Counted from the whole stretch's first letter, positions 1 through 12,610 are shown. The stretch is 62,151 bases of DNA, filler included, from Sphacelaria rigidula (GCA_964200075.2; 8 parts of 8 records of this genome joined end to end with filler, not necessarily neighbours in it), one strand, 5' to 3'. Numbers and translations: made by a program. Notes: generated by a model not told the origin, from the letters alone.

Positions 1-64
1 TTTAATCCTCCGGGTTCTCATCCTCAATGAAAAGCACCATCCTCAACATAGATGATCGGCTGTT
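1..64 (+). repeat. Truncated terminus of a dispersed foldback-MITE family
   Basis: ccatcctcaacatagatgatc(g/c)gctgtt recurs at 46693-46720; ctccgggtt.tcatcc.caat also resembles the right arm of the 35191-35616 palindrome. Confidence 0.6.
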
Positions 65-80
65 ATTAGAGTGGGCCTGA

Positions 81-254
81 GGCCAACTCTTCTGGGACCG
101 TTCAGAATTTTATTTTGCAATAATTTTGAACATTTTTTTTTCTTTGCCGCAGTTGTGTACCTTGTGACCATTCACCATGATGACAAAGAAAAATAATAAA
201 CTCCTCTGAAATTGTTGCAAAATAAAATTGCAAACGCTCCCATGAGAGTTGGCC
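81..254. mobile_element. MITE, PIF/Harbinger (Tourist)-like
   Basis: ~50-bp imperfect TIR ggccaactct...aattttattttgcaa / ttgcaaaataaaatt...agagttggcc; flanks tga / taa; a related end preceded by TAA at 60007. Confidence 0.75.
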
Positions 255-841
255 TAAGATGAGCGATTTTCGCTCAATTCCACCGCCTTTTTTCCGATCG
301 AAAAAAAATGTGCGAAGACACTCCCTGATGTCATTTCATAGACGATCTAATCAGGGCAGGGTAGCCTCATGGAACTCAAATTCTGGTGGCGGCGGATCGC
401 ACCCACAAAAAAGTGATCAGGTCATCACACATGAAAACGGGACGGTTTTCTGTATCAACAGCGGAAGGTGGAATATTCTCAATCGAGGGAATATATGTTC
501 CGCACTTGTTTGTGAGCGAAATAATTTCCCATTGCATTGTTGAATTAAATTGGATCACACATCAATCATGATACATATGAGATGAAGAACACCAAACATG
601 GCCGGAAAGGCTCAGGGCTTAGGACGTCATTCTCGCTGATATCGAACATCGAAGCGATTGTCTTTTAACACGGTGAGAGAGTGGTAGGAAGACGTAGGAG
701 CCGGCGTGCAGAACGGCGGCCTGGACATCCAGCCAGCTTACTGTTCGATTGCAAGCAGTGCGAGGGTTGAAGGTGGTACAACCGGAACACTCTACTTTGC
801 ACTGTGAACGTTCTGGAAGGGGTCGCATCGTTTCGTTCAGG

Positions 842-1110
842 AGAAGAGATATGTAAATGCCTCATCCACGACAAGAAATATCGGATGCCTCGTTCGCGAG
901 AAGAGCTGTAATGCCTTGTCCACGAGAGGAGATGTCTGATCCCTCGTTCGCGAGAAGAACCGTAATACCTCATCCATGAGAAGAGATATCTGATGCCTCG
1001 CTCACGAGAAAATACATCATACCTCACCCACGAGAAGAGATATCTGATGTCTCGCTCACGAGAAAATATATAATGCCTCACCCACGAGAAGAAATTTTTG
1101 ACGCCTGTCA
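842..1110. repeat. Degenerate tandem repeat, 54-bp period (alternating ~28 and ~26 bp subunits), about 5 copies
   Basis: gaagagatatctgatgcctcgctcacga / gaaaatacatcatacctcacccacga; gives an 18-aa repeat (RERGIRYLFSW...) in ORF 665..1123. Confidence 0.85.
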
Positions 1111-1899
1111 CGACATTTTTCATAGCTCACCCATGTGGAGATATGTTTCACGTCTCATCCACAGGAGATATCATCCTTCACGAGGAATGAACAACGACAT
1201 GAGGCCTCGAATATGAGACGGAATGTCTCCTGTTTCATGAGGCGAGGGACCCAAAATCTCGCCACGGTTCGGGCGAATGTAAAAATCGCCAGGACCATTC
1301 TCGCGTGAACTAGTCGTAGGCAAAGAAGGTTTCTTCACTCTTGACATTTTGAAAAAAAGGGGAGGAGGGGACAAGAGCGACAGACATCCTCAACGTTGTA
1401 TCGTCTGTATGTGTTCAATCTGCTGTTTATCGTGTACTACAAAGAGTGGGAGTGTGTACTCGAGACTGTCCTTGACGTTGGATGGCAGGGGCCTAGGTAC
1501 CGCCAGTGGGCGAGGTCAGTTTTTCTTTCGGGGTGGCTGACATTTTGGAAAAATGCCCCCCCCCCCCCCCATCCCCCCACAGCTGCTCTGTGCACTGGGC
1601 ACAAATTCGGAAGTCGAGTACAAAATAGATGTTCCGTCTCTGCCACCAAATCTATTTGCTGGGGACGTGTTGTGGATTTTGGAGTTTCTCCAGAACCACT
1701 TGGAATGCCGATTTTTGTCTCCAACCGGCCCGCATGGTGATGGTAATTGTTTTTCATGAAACCATCTCTGGGGACAGAACCGCCCACCGCGAGTCAGCCG
1801 GAGTGGGATTTACGCGAGTTCGTCGTTTTTTAAATGGATAGGACACTATGGATTTTTTGGACCCCACCTGAAACCCTGACATCAACACAAGGCATACCC

Positions 1900-3420
1900 A
1901 CAGCCTTTAGGCAAGAGGGGTGCATACATCATCGAACGCGAACCGTGCGATGGCAGTGCTGCTCATAGGCGCTGATTCAAGCAAAAACTGCGCACGCTGG
2001 AAGCGTCAGAGCCTTCTCGATATCGGAATCTGATGATCCACGACTAGACTAAGGATGCATCAACCCTAAAAACGTGACGACGACCTCGCGTGCGTAATTC
2101 TACAGGTCAATTGACATGCCTGCAGGAGCAGCGCTTAGTACTAATCTTGGGAGTTGATGTGACAGGCGCCGTCACGTTGATACGGGTGGCGAGGGGTGAC
2201 CAACTTCCGTTATTCGTGACCCGGATGCATATGAAACATCCTGCACCATGCTCCACGAGTACGGGTGGTCTACTCCAGTAGATATCGCAGTCGTGGGTGG
2301 AGAGCATGCACAGTGTATGTGAACCATGACGCGGGGCATGTCAAAATGGTACACGGGCCTTTGCGGGCCGATTGGTTTTGAAAAAACATGGATCATCTCG
2401 ATACTGAAAGAAGGGGCTTATTTGACCACTCAAGCAGTGTACTTTTAGTACGATATTCGTCTCCTCCCATCTCATTTCGACAATACGGACGGGACAGCAC
2501 GCACTCGTCCCTCGTTCTGCGCCGAAAACCTGTATGAACGTACCCTCACCAGCTGCGTAACTTGCAGATTACGTTGACCATGGATAAATATCTGGCAGAG
2601 GCTACAGTCCTCGTCTTTCGGTGCCAATCCAAGACAAGAGTTCTTCGTGGACGAAAGCTCAACAAAATTCAAGGTCGGGTTTCCCTTCCCCGGTGTACAG
2701 CACGAACACTACAGTCAATACAGTCAGTCGGTAGACAACAGTCGAATAGTATCAGTAGTACATGAGTAGTTTCGCGCGACCGTCCTCTGCGTTTCATGGG
2801 TGATATATTCCTTGATTCCGCATTGCATACCGTAACTTGCCCCACGACAGCCGCTACGGCTAAACCATGAGGGTGCTCTTTAATTATCATCGTGAAGCGC
2901 TGTCACATCTGCCCCCTCCTCAAGTTCTTTCTCCCGAACCACTTGACTTCTGGCACGTATACCTTTATATTCGGCTCAAGAGTTAGACACTACCATTTGC
3001 ATCACCAGTTGACACTGGCACGAGATAAGGTTCCACCACGAAAAAGTGCATGCTCTGCACTGGAGCTAGGACAGGAGGACGATGAGCAAATTGCACAAGT
3101 GCCTAAATTGCGCGCGTAGATCGTAGCTAGAGAGGAAGAGATACACGGGCTCATTTACATCCACCCAAAACATTATGGAGCAAACAAGCACTGCTGGTTG
3201 CGGGTCCCTCAACACCTACCTCCGCATCGAAAAACAAACGATTGTATTTCCGTGATGTTGCAATTGGTCGGACTGAGGGCAGGTGTGGCATGGCGGAGGC
3301 TTGTCTTGCAAGGACATCTCGTTAGAACGGGAAAAGCTGTAGGTATCAGCGTGCCAGCGTATTCTAATGCTAGCATGGTAGTTCGGATCACGTCGGTGCC
3401 CTTATTAGGCATGTTCAAAA
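1900..3420 (-). pseudogene. Possible decayed ankyrin-repeat exons downstream of the 4652-4908 exon
   Basis: Interrupted ank-like peptides on the minus strand: LEEGADVTALHDDN* (~2880-2925), LVEHGA...TNNGSWSPL (~2190-2262), AQFLLES...DDVCTPL (~1912-1995); stops and frameshifts. Confidence 0.3.
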
Positions 3421-4651
3421 CGGCAGAATGGAGCGTTGCACGCTCCCTCTTTCCAACACGTTCACAAATAAACCCGCTTTGCGACGGTACTTACATAGCG
3501 CAGTGTGCTGTTGGGCGCATTATGATCGACACAATTTTTTTGGATCTCCGAAAATCGTGGCAACGTGCCAGATGACTCTCGGACGCTTGAGAGCGTCATG
3601 GCGTACGCACAGGGTAGCTATCCAAACGACTCTGTTGCAGTCCAATTTTTTCGTTCGCCAAACATGTGAAGCTTGAGGAAAAAATTAAGCCGTTTCGTTT
3701 TCGGATAAGTCCGAACGCACAGCCTGAATTCCAAAAAGTCCAAAACCTTTTGGCATCTCCGAGAAAACATGTGTAATGAACGGGATTATCCGAGGTCTGA
3801 CAGGCCCACTTCGAATTATTTTCTCAGCCGTACAAGGATGCTGCAGTAGATGGATGTGTGCGTATATCTGTAGTTTCGGGTACAGCAACCACGAGGAGAC
3901 CACGACGTCCGCACAACATGCGAGAACTTACGGAGTATCCCCGAGTATCAGGAACAAGTGCACTTACTTCTGCACCTCAGGCTTGCCGTCAAGAAGGCAT
4001 GAAACAAGGCTTTCAGCTATCAACATAGACACAGACTACCCCGACTTGGAGACCTCTATCTCTCTAGTATCTAAGGCCCCACGAATCGCAGCTACCGGTC
4101 ACAAACGCGGTTACAAACCCGTAGTCTCTACTGTAAGACAGTTGTCTTACTGTCTAATAGCGGCACAACAAAGAGCAGACAGAATTATCACACGCAAAGT
4201 ACTGCACACCGCGCGCGAAATTTGAACCGACATTCAACACTCTCACAACAGCACAGGGGGTAGGTACGAGGAGACTAGGAGCTGTAAAGCAATTCAAGAC
4301 TCAAATCAATCATCAATCCCGTGGGAGGCGGCATTGGTGGGGCTATGAACGGGCTTGTGCGAGAAGGCGCGTTTGTCGTGAATGTTAAAGCTCGAAGTGT
4401 TGTTGTCTTCTACGAGTACAACTTGGGTGGGATAGAAGATGGCTTGTGGTATAGTCGAAACAGTACAAACTGGGCATGTTACAGCAAGAGACGCAACAGG
4501 AGTACTACTTGCTGTAGTCCCCTACACCCGACGAACATCTGAACATCTACACAGCTGTATCATCGTCACAAGCGATCGTTGTAGATGGCGTCGTCCGCGA
4601 AAACACTACACGAGAAGCCTCCCACTCTTCTTGGTCATTTTAATTGCTCAC

Positions 4652-4908
4652 CTACACCCATTTTTGGCGAGAAACTCCACAACATTAGTGAACCCCCCCG
4701 CGGCGGCCACGTGCAACGGTGCCAAAGCGTCCTTGTCTCGCGCTTCCAAATCGCCCCCGCTCGCGGCGTAATTCTTAATAGTAACCTCGTCATTCCGCTG
4801 CACTGCTGCGTGTATATTTATGCTTCTCCACTCCACCAACTCTGCCACCGCGCCGCCGCCACCACCCCCATCATCTACGGGGTCGGGTATTTCCAACGCA
4901 CGCGGCAT
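4652..4908 (-). CDS. Ankyrin-repeat protein, coding exon
   Basis: MPRALE...IHAAVQRND...GGDLEARDKDALAPLHVAAAGGFTNVVEFLAKNG fits the ankyrin consensus; ends at donor ag|GTGAGC. Confidence 0.75.
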
Positions 4909-5669
4909 TATTGCCGATTGTTGTTGCAGACCACACTGTGTACAGCAGTAGTACGTCACAGAAATCACGCGTGTGATTCAGAACTCGGTTTACCCGGGTT
5001 TCAAGCGATCGATGAGTTCGCAGCGGAGGGCCACACTGATGCACAACGCAAAGTGGATATCCCGTAAATATATCGACAAATAGGCAAAGTTCCGCGCGGC
5101 TGCAATTCTTTATCACGCACGGCGTATCAGTACCCGTTTCACACTCGTCTGTACCTGACGTTATCACACAGCAGCCAAGCGCAGTTGGTATTCTGTCGCC
5201 CCTTTTGCTTTGCCGTTTTCAGGGGGGAAGACCCTTGCGCTCCACGGATGGCCGCCTCTTTATCATGTTCAGTTACGGTTCTGGAAAAATTCAAACCATC
5301 ATATATATTTTCGTTGTATTTTTCCTGTTACTCGATATTTCATCTTCCATTGGTATAATTATTCCATTATTTTCCGTGCGAAATCCTCAGCGGATGAGTT
5401 GTCCCTAAGAGAGTCGCAAACGACAATCCCTAAACGCCTAGGGCATCCACATCATGAATTGATATCAAGGGCACTACTAATAAACGAATAACATCCTTGC
5501 TTGTGCATATGTGTGTGCTGAAAGGATTCGTCGTTTGACTGCGAGACGTCATCAGTGTAAGCCATCTGATCGTGGGCCATCTGTTGAATCGGCATACATT
5601 ATTTGGTACTGTAGCACGATGACATGATGTATGAGCACCGCGCTCATATACGTCATGTATTTGCTCTAT

Positions 5670-5760
5670 AGAATCGGCATCACTTTCACTCGAAAATCGA
5701 CTTGTAGAGGTGGATGACCCACCCTGCTGGTCAAGGGGTCAACCCTTTGACAACGAAAAG
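5670..5760. mobile_element. Tail-to-head junction of two piggyBac-like mini-element ends
   Basis: gaatcggcatcactttcactcg...accctgctggtcaagggg TCAA ccctttgac; the same internal motif and termini occur at 12115-12211 and 49055-49275. Confidence 0.45.
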
Positions 5761-6224
5761 TTTGTCATCTTTTGACCCAATCTCCTGTGGGGAGCCGTTC
5801 AAAATCAATACCGCGTCCGATTTTGAACGGTTGGTGAAAAACCAACTCTTGTCGAAAGAGCAACCCAATCCATAAATCCATACGGTACTCGCACAATGAG
5901 TAGTTACGCTGTGGCATACATGACCATGGTCGCAGGATACTCACAGGCGCACACATGAGCGCACCTGCCACTTGCAACCCAAAATGACGGGGCTGGCTGT
6001 TATTCCCTCGTTTTTGGACTACTGTACCGTGAGGCGACATCTTCATATCAGTACGACAACTGTACAGAATCGCTGTTGAACCCATGCATGCCCCGTATCC
6101 TGTTCACGAGATGTTGCCGTATATTTGTTATACGGGTATGGGTGCCTTTTTTTACACATTAAAAATGGAGTGAAGCGCAAAGCTCCCGCGCGTGACTTTT
6201 GTGTGTTTGTGTGTGTCGTCATCC

Positions 6225-6500
6225 CATCGGCACATGGATGTGCGCGGATCAACCGCCGGGGTCACACAGGAGAAAGATTCACGCCGGAGATTTCGGTTTT
6301 TTATTTGTTTTCCACCACCATCGCACCTTCCTTCGGGAGTGCTTGCCTTAATTTCTTCTTATCGCGAAAAGGGTTCGGGGCGGTTGTTTGTCATTTGTTT
6401 TAGCACACCACCTTCCTTCTGCGATGCTCGCCTTTCCTTACACGCGAGAAGGTTTCGGAGGTCCCTCTCCCTCGTCGACCGTGAAGTCGAACTTTATTGT
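6225..6500 (+). repeat. Dispersed repeat family A copy
   Basis: ggggtcacacaggag...tccctcgtcgaccgtgaagtcgaa shared with 31255-31470(-), 59715-59930(+), 23195-23246(-). Confidence 0.75.
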
Positions 6501-7682
6501 GTACCAACGACGAAGTCGCTCTCCACACTGTTGAGCATGGTGGGAGAGAAGATCTCAGATCGTGTCACTTCACCGAGATTCGATCCAACGTTACAACTAT
6601 GTCAGATGGTTTTGACGTTACCAACTGTGCTGCCGGTGCAACAGAAAACATGGGGCGTGTATGCTGTGTGCTTTCAGGTAACACGGGGTCCTGAAAAATG
6701 GGAAATATGTTTGAGATATTTCCCTGGGGAAGAACTGAGCACCTTTGACGGGCGCACCAGTTGTAAAAAAGGAAATAAAGAATTCAAACTAAACTGCTGG
6801 CTCGTCTTTCCCCGTTACGCCATTAAATCTCAACCTCTGTGATATATTTGTTACAATTATATCGACCGTTTCACACCCCCCCGAACATTAGCTTAAATCG
6901 TTCACATTCGAACCCATTCCACAAACCGCAGATCCCGCCACGCTCCGGTCTTTCACATTTAATATAATTTCGACCTACGTTCCAATAGAAAAAATAGGGT
7001 TCCCATGATACGATTTTGACCTTACAATAGTTCGTTCCACACCCTGGATATCATATGGATGGTCAAAAAAAGATGCAGCAGACAAAAAAATGTACTGCAT
7101 GGCGAAGTACAGGCCTACTGCAACTATCGATGTCGACCGGCAATAGGTGCACTAGGCCTACACTTTACGTAGTACATTTTTTGTCTATCGCAGCTATTAT
7201 TGGCCATAATTTACTGCCCAGGGTGCGGTTCGTTCCCGCAGAGGAAATGGCGTTCATATTTTCAGGATCCTGTGGTAGATTTTTAAGTTTGAACATCCTA
7301 CTAGGAGCTGAGCCAGCCACGATTTTTCTTAGTTGATTTCCACATCCTGGATAATAGATGGTCTACTACAGTTGAAATAACAGGCCTACACTTTACACAC
7401 TACGTTTTTTTCAATTGCAACTACTGACCATGTATGTATTGTCGAGATGTGTTGATTTCAGGCAGGAGCTGAAATTTTGATACCAGATTTCTACCATCAA
7501 CCATAATACGCGGAAACTATTGATAGCAGAATGAGCAAATATACCAAGAAAACAAAAAGCAGAGAGTTAGAGCGATTTGAACTCACTGGAGGTGGGTGGG
7601 AGGGGGGGGGGGGGGGTAAAGTAAAGAAGAGGGGATTTTGAGAAGTACTGGGCGGGAAAAGAAAACGGGGCTCAACCCCAAA

Positions 7683-7782
7683 NNNNNNNNNNNNNNNNNN
7701 NNNNNNNNNNNNNNNNNNNNNNNNNNTTAATTAATTAANNNNNNNNNNNNNNNNNNNNNNNNNNNNNNNNNNNNNNNNNNNN
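7683..7782. other. Artificial contig spacer
   Basis: N44-TTAATTAATTAA-N44 linker with stop codons in all frames. Confidence 0.98.
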
Positions 7783-8460
7783 CAGCAGCGGGGGGGGGGG
7801 GGGGGGGGGGGGGGGGGGCGTGCCATAACTATTTTTAGTGTTGAATATTCAAGTTTATACGAAAACAGTCCGCAAAGTGTTAATCTCACGTCCGGCTCGC
7901 GCAGAATGTACTGCAGGTGAACTAACTTTTGAGTATCGTCATCATCCTCTCGGCCGCGTGCTCACGTCTTGGGGCGTTGACCCGTGTAGTCCTTCTTGCC
8001 CGCAGCTCGTGATGGAGAGATTCGTGTGCAGCATTGATACTATTCATATGAACATCGCCGCCTGAATACCTTGCACTGGGACAAACAGCGTCGGCTACTC
8101 TAATCATATGGACACCACACACCCTGGACAAGAGGTTACATCGTCAAAAAATGTGCTGCGTGCGGTGTGGAATCTTTTGTCTATTGCAACAGACAAAAAT
8201 AGCCGATAATGTACACAGTACACTCTTTGACAATGTAACATGTGGTTTTTATCCTGAGTGTGATGTAGACACATATGTATGCACTTGCATACCCCGCTCC
8301 GGCCTTCATGGGAACGAGTCGGTGGTTCACTCTCAACCTCGAGTCAACATATCTTTGCCCCGGTCGGTGCCTACTTTACCCCTTATTTCATTATCGAGAT
8401 ATGAATCCGTATTCACACATCGCCGGTCATCGACTTTCCGTAGCAGAACCATTTTGTACA

Positions 8461-8466
8461 GTTGTT

Positions 8467-8497
<31 letters not shown>
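8461..8497 (+). repeat. (GTT)n microsatellite
   Basis: Direct reading. Confidence 0.95.
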
Positions 8498-8498
<1 letters not shown>

Positions 8499-9749
8499 CT
8501 TCACATTAAAAACCGTTCCGATATCTGCGAGGTACATTCGTCCTGAGCATCTGATGCGGACGCCTTCCGTGGTCACAAGCTAGCTACCTATAATAAGGTA
8601 TGGGGAAATCAAACAAACCAAAGGAAACAAAATAAACCTAGACTAAAACTCACAAAACGCGATACAAGCAAAATGTACAGGCGCAAAACAAAAGAAAACT
8701 GGAGGTGAACTCGCACGTAAGTTGGACGGACATCGAAACGCGTGATCAAGGATTCCAGTGTTACAAGCGTGGATCAGCCCACGGGTGGCTATTTCATTCA
8801 GTTTTACACGGCGGCAAACAAATAGGCAATCAGTGTTGGCCAAACACTTGTGGCACATGAACATAAGTATGCCTAAAGGGAGGAGAGGGGGCGGGGGGCG
8901 GGGGGTAATGATCTTGCATGCCATAGTCGTAAGACCATTGACCTCGCATCCCTACAAAGCCGGGACGGAGCAATCCGGGTACTGTCCGGATCAGGCTCGC
9001 GATCACCACGTGTGAAGGGCCGAGATGCGTTCGGCGAGTCGTATGAATGGTGATCTGCATCCCGCTAAGATTGTTCGGCCCGAAGGGTACTGACTATCTT
9101 GCATATAGCGCGGAGGGAGGGTGCTCAGCGTTGCGCAGTAGGGAATCCACCTGCGAGGATATATACATGATGGGTCACGTGGAGTCAACATTCAAAGCGA
9201 CCCGAAACAACAAAACAGTTTTTTACTCTTGCGAAATTACTTGAAAAAAATCGCCGTTGGTGCGCTGAGGGAGCAAAAATAATGAGGCCTTGCTCGGGCG
9301 CATCGCCGGTGGTTGAAACAACCGAAATGTGAAAATCACTGCCACAAATGGGTTGGTGGTGCTTGCTACTCTTGTCGTTACGAAGGTCGTATTCCAGGGT
9401 ATTTCCTCTTTTTTGCCCAAGGCTCATTTTACTTGAACCCATGCTGTAGAGCGACCATTTCCAGCTCTAGTTACATTACGTATGTACATATATATTTTCT
9501 CAGCTCTTTTCAGTTTCCCTCCTTCCGTTTCTCAGCTTGTCCTTGTTTTTGTCCTTGTTTTCGTTCTTCAGCTTTACTCCGTTCTTCTACCCTTTTGCTT
9601 TCCCTACTTGTCTTCTTTGCAAGCGTATCCATTCGTGTACCTTGGGCACGTACGCTATCTTGTGGATAATGACCAGGCTGGGTTCCTCGGGGAGGGGACC
9701 CAAATACATGTTCGTACACAGTGGTTGATGGGAAACATCATAGAATGTT

Positions 9750-9840
9750 ACAAACTAACACCAACACCAACCCTAACCCTAATCCCGACCCAAGGCGCAC
9801 GGGACCCTCGGGCAAGGAGGGTGCATAGATTTCTCTAGGC
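9750..9840 (+). repeat. Dispersed repeat with degenerate CCCTAA units; second copy ~19185-19268
   Basis: aaccctaaccctaatccc...ggaccctcgg...ggagggtg...gattt..ctaggc in both copies. Confidence 0.5.
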
Positions 9841-10616
9841 AAAGTGTGGGAGAGCAGACCTCAAATCGTCGCCGCAAGCGCCGATTCGACACAAACACAC
9901 GTTCTGGACGAGCTGGGTCCACTGCTGACCTGCTCCAAACCATAAATTCCTTCCGAAAATTCTCGAGTCTAAAATGAAGTGGTCATCTCTGGCAAGCATT
10001 GAGTACGGACATGTCTTCAGGTCTACTGCCTTCGGGGGTCAGTTCGCGTGCGACAAGCCATCAATTGAATTAACTCATGATTTTCCAGACACGGATGGCT
10101 TTTGCGCCGTGATTTGTCTTGTTTACATCCATTTTTCCTTTCCGGACTACCCCCCCTGCTTAGTACTGGTCCACGTCGTTGTGCGGTGGGTTACCAGCTC
10201 AGCCTAGTACGGCAGCACTGCGGGGTAGATCTGGTGAGAATCCGTACGCACGATGCTGGTATGGTGCGTGTGTTTGACATGAGCTTTCGCGGGCCGGGCT
10301 TGAGACATGGGAGTAAAACTGTGAAACTGCCTCGTGTTGAGGCACAAATCAAGCGAAACACAGATCGCGGCGACCTGGCGGGGCGTGTCACTAAAAACTG
10401 ATAACGTTCTAGGTTCAACCAAATCAACTACTTCTGCTATCAATAGGTGCTGCCACTACGCTCATCAGCCCTCTTTATCAGCAGCTGGGTTCCGTCTTGT
10501 GTTGCGACGATCGTGCACACCTGGTTTTGCTTCACTCTTATCTAGCGCACTTCGTCGACGGCCGTCTAAGGCCTGATCTTGAAATACGGGTGTACTCCCG
10601 TCCCTCCCCCTTGTGT

Positions 10617-10690
10617 ACTCCGTTTCGAAAGGGATGTGTGGTCAATGGTCAAAGGACTAAGGCAAACAACAAATGAGTACGCCCCCCCCC
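10617..10690 (-). repeat. Dispersed ~75-bp repeat family B copy
   Basis: Reverse complement of gggggcgtactcatttgttg.ttgccttagt...tgaccattgacc.c.catccctttcgaaacggag; also at 35861, 39579 and partially 8925. Confidence 0.85.
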
Positions 10691-11624
10691 CTCCCCCCTG
10701 TTGCACTTTTCTCATAGACATTTCCCTTTATTCTTGATTGATGGTCTGGGGTCTGGAATCGTAACGCTATCTCCAACCCACAGGACATCGAGAACGCTCG
10801 GGTACAAAAACGTATGAGGGGAATGCAGGGGAGAAAGGCAGAGAAATCGGCGCCTGCGCCGATGGTTGGAGCAAAAAACGCGTCCTGCGCACCGTGGCGA
10901 GCATGTAGGAACGCCAGTCCCCGAAAGGTCTGACTATAAACGAGTACACTCGTCGATAATTAAAATTATTCTTCAAGGGTCTACACTTTACACTCGTTAC
11001 GTTCACGTTTCACGTCAAAAGCCGTCAAAAAGGTAAGCCAGGCTAGTGCAGTCTTACGTAAAAAGAAAAGAAAATCGGAACAGAATCCAACATCTTTTCA
11101 CCCCAATAGGCACGCACACACTGCGCAACCCCAGATCCAGCAAGATGAGGTTATTGCCTGTTGACTACATGACATGTGGTCGAAGTTTCAGCACGGCCGT
11201 GCCTCCTGAAATGAGCGCTTCTACAGACGATGCCAAGATGGGTACCGTGTAGAATGACATCATCCGGAGTTTGCCAATACGGATCGATGTTTGTTTGCCG
11301 GGGCAGGAGCCACCCAGCAGGCCATGGTGTGGAAGTGAGCACATCTGCGTGCCAACATATACATCCACTGACGTCTCACGCAGTCTGGGCCGCGGGGACT
11401 CCGTTTTGAGGGCGTATCGATGACACTGCCCAAAATCTGTCTTCGCTTCGTGCGTCTGGCGCACGACGTGAAACGTGCCGCCGATGCGGGAAGATGCTGT
11501 GTATGTTGTGGTCTACCTCTGTGCCAAGTTTCAGGCCGGTTCGTTCAGACGCGGCGGAGAAATCCGCAAGCAAAGTAATGCTCGACTTGTACTGATAATA
11601 CAGTACTAAACCGTCGAAATATAC

Positions 11625-11829
11625 CAAGGGTAGGTCGAGTAGAGGATACTCAATTGCGGGGTATTTTGAAAGTAGTACTTAGAGTACACAAATCAGGGGT
11701 AGTGTTTTAGGGATCGCCTTCCAGTTATATTTTGGGTACAACTCCCAACACTCTACCCTAATTTGAGTACCCCAAGTACGGCTTTTAAAATACCCCGCAA
11801 TTGAGTATACTCTACTCGACCTGCCCTTG
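11625..11829. mobile_element. hAT-type palindromic MITE
   Basis: TIR caagggtaggtcgagtagag / ctctactcgacctgcccttg extending ~85 bp; exact 8-bp TSD aaatatac at 11617-11624 and 11830-11837. Confidence 0.92.
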
Positions 11830-12114
11830 AAATATACATGGGGTGCGTACGATTCTTGTATGCGGGCATCTTGGCATTTGAGTGGCATTTTTGTTTTTTG
11901 GCGGAAAACTAAGTACTACGGTGGGGGATAACGTGGGAAGCCCTGCTTTGACTTGACTTTTGAACCGGGCTTCCCACGTAGTCCCCCTCCCCCACCGCAG
12001 TACTAGCCTGGCTTGATTTACGTGAAACGTGACACGACGTGACACGTGACGAGCGTACAGTAACGTGAAGACCTTGGGTATTTCTTCAAGCATGAACATC
12101 GGAGACCACAAGAA

Positions 12115-12211
12115 CCCTTCGACAGCGAGAGTAGGTCGTCTGTCGAATCGGCACCAATTTCACTTGAAAAACGTATGCATGACCAGATGGACAACCCTCG
12201 CGGTCCAAGGG
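12115..12211. mobile_element. ~97-bp piggyBac-like mini-element
   Basis: Ends ccctt.gac / gtccaaggg, degenerate TTAA flanks (agaa, ttac), internal gaatcggcaccaatttcact motif. Confidence 0.5.
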
Positions 12212-12368
12212 TTACGGGTGCAGTAGAGTTTTCACTACTTGGTAGGTATGGAACTTTCCGACTGGGTTTTAGTGGGGACATCGGAATCCGGATCTTTAAT
12301 GGGGGCTGTACTCCTAGCGACCGCAGAACGCGTTTTAGTCTAATTCGGCGTCGTGAACTGACCTCCAA

Positions 12369-12610
12369 GGTGGAAACTGCTCTGAAGTGTCTAGGTATGC
12401 CTGGTCCCATCACTTCCCCGACAATGGCGTTGAGGTCATCGAAAGTATAGATTGAAGACAAAATAACATAAGCCGCCAGCAGCGGCAGGTTGGAAACTGC
12501 TCTGAAGCATCTAAATGTGCCTGATACTGTCGTTTCCCCGATGGCAGCGTTGAGGTTATTGGAAGCACACATTGCAAACAAAATAACATGAGCCACCAGC
12601 AGAGGCGGCA
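12369..12610. repeat. Two diverged tandem copies of a ~120-bp unit
   Basis: ggaaactgctctgaag...gcgttgaggt...caaaataacat.agcc.ccagcag occurs twice; 40-aa repeat in ORF 12018..12737(-). Confidence 0.85.

Noticed and set aside
7727..7738. Recurrent TTAATTAATTAA as a biological motif
   Set aside because: Always centred in N runs; a synthetic linker
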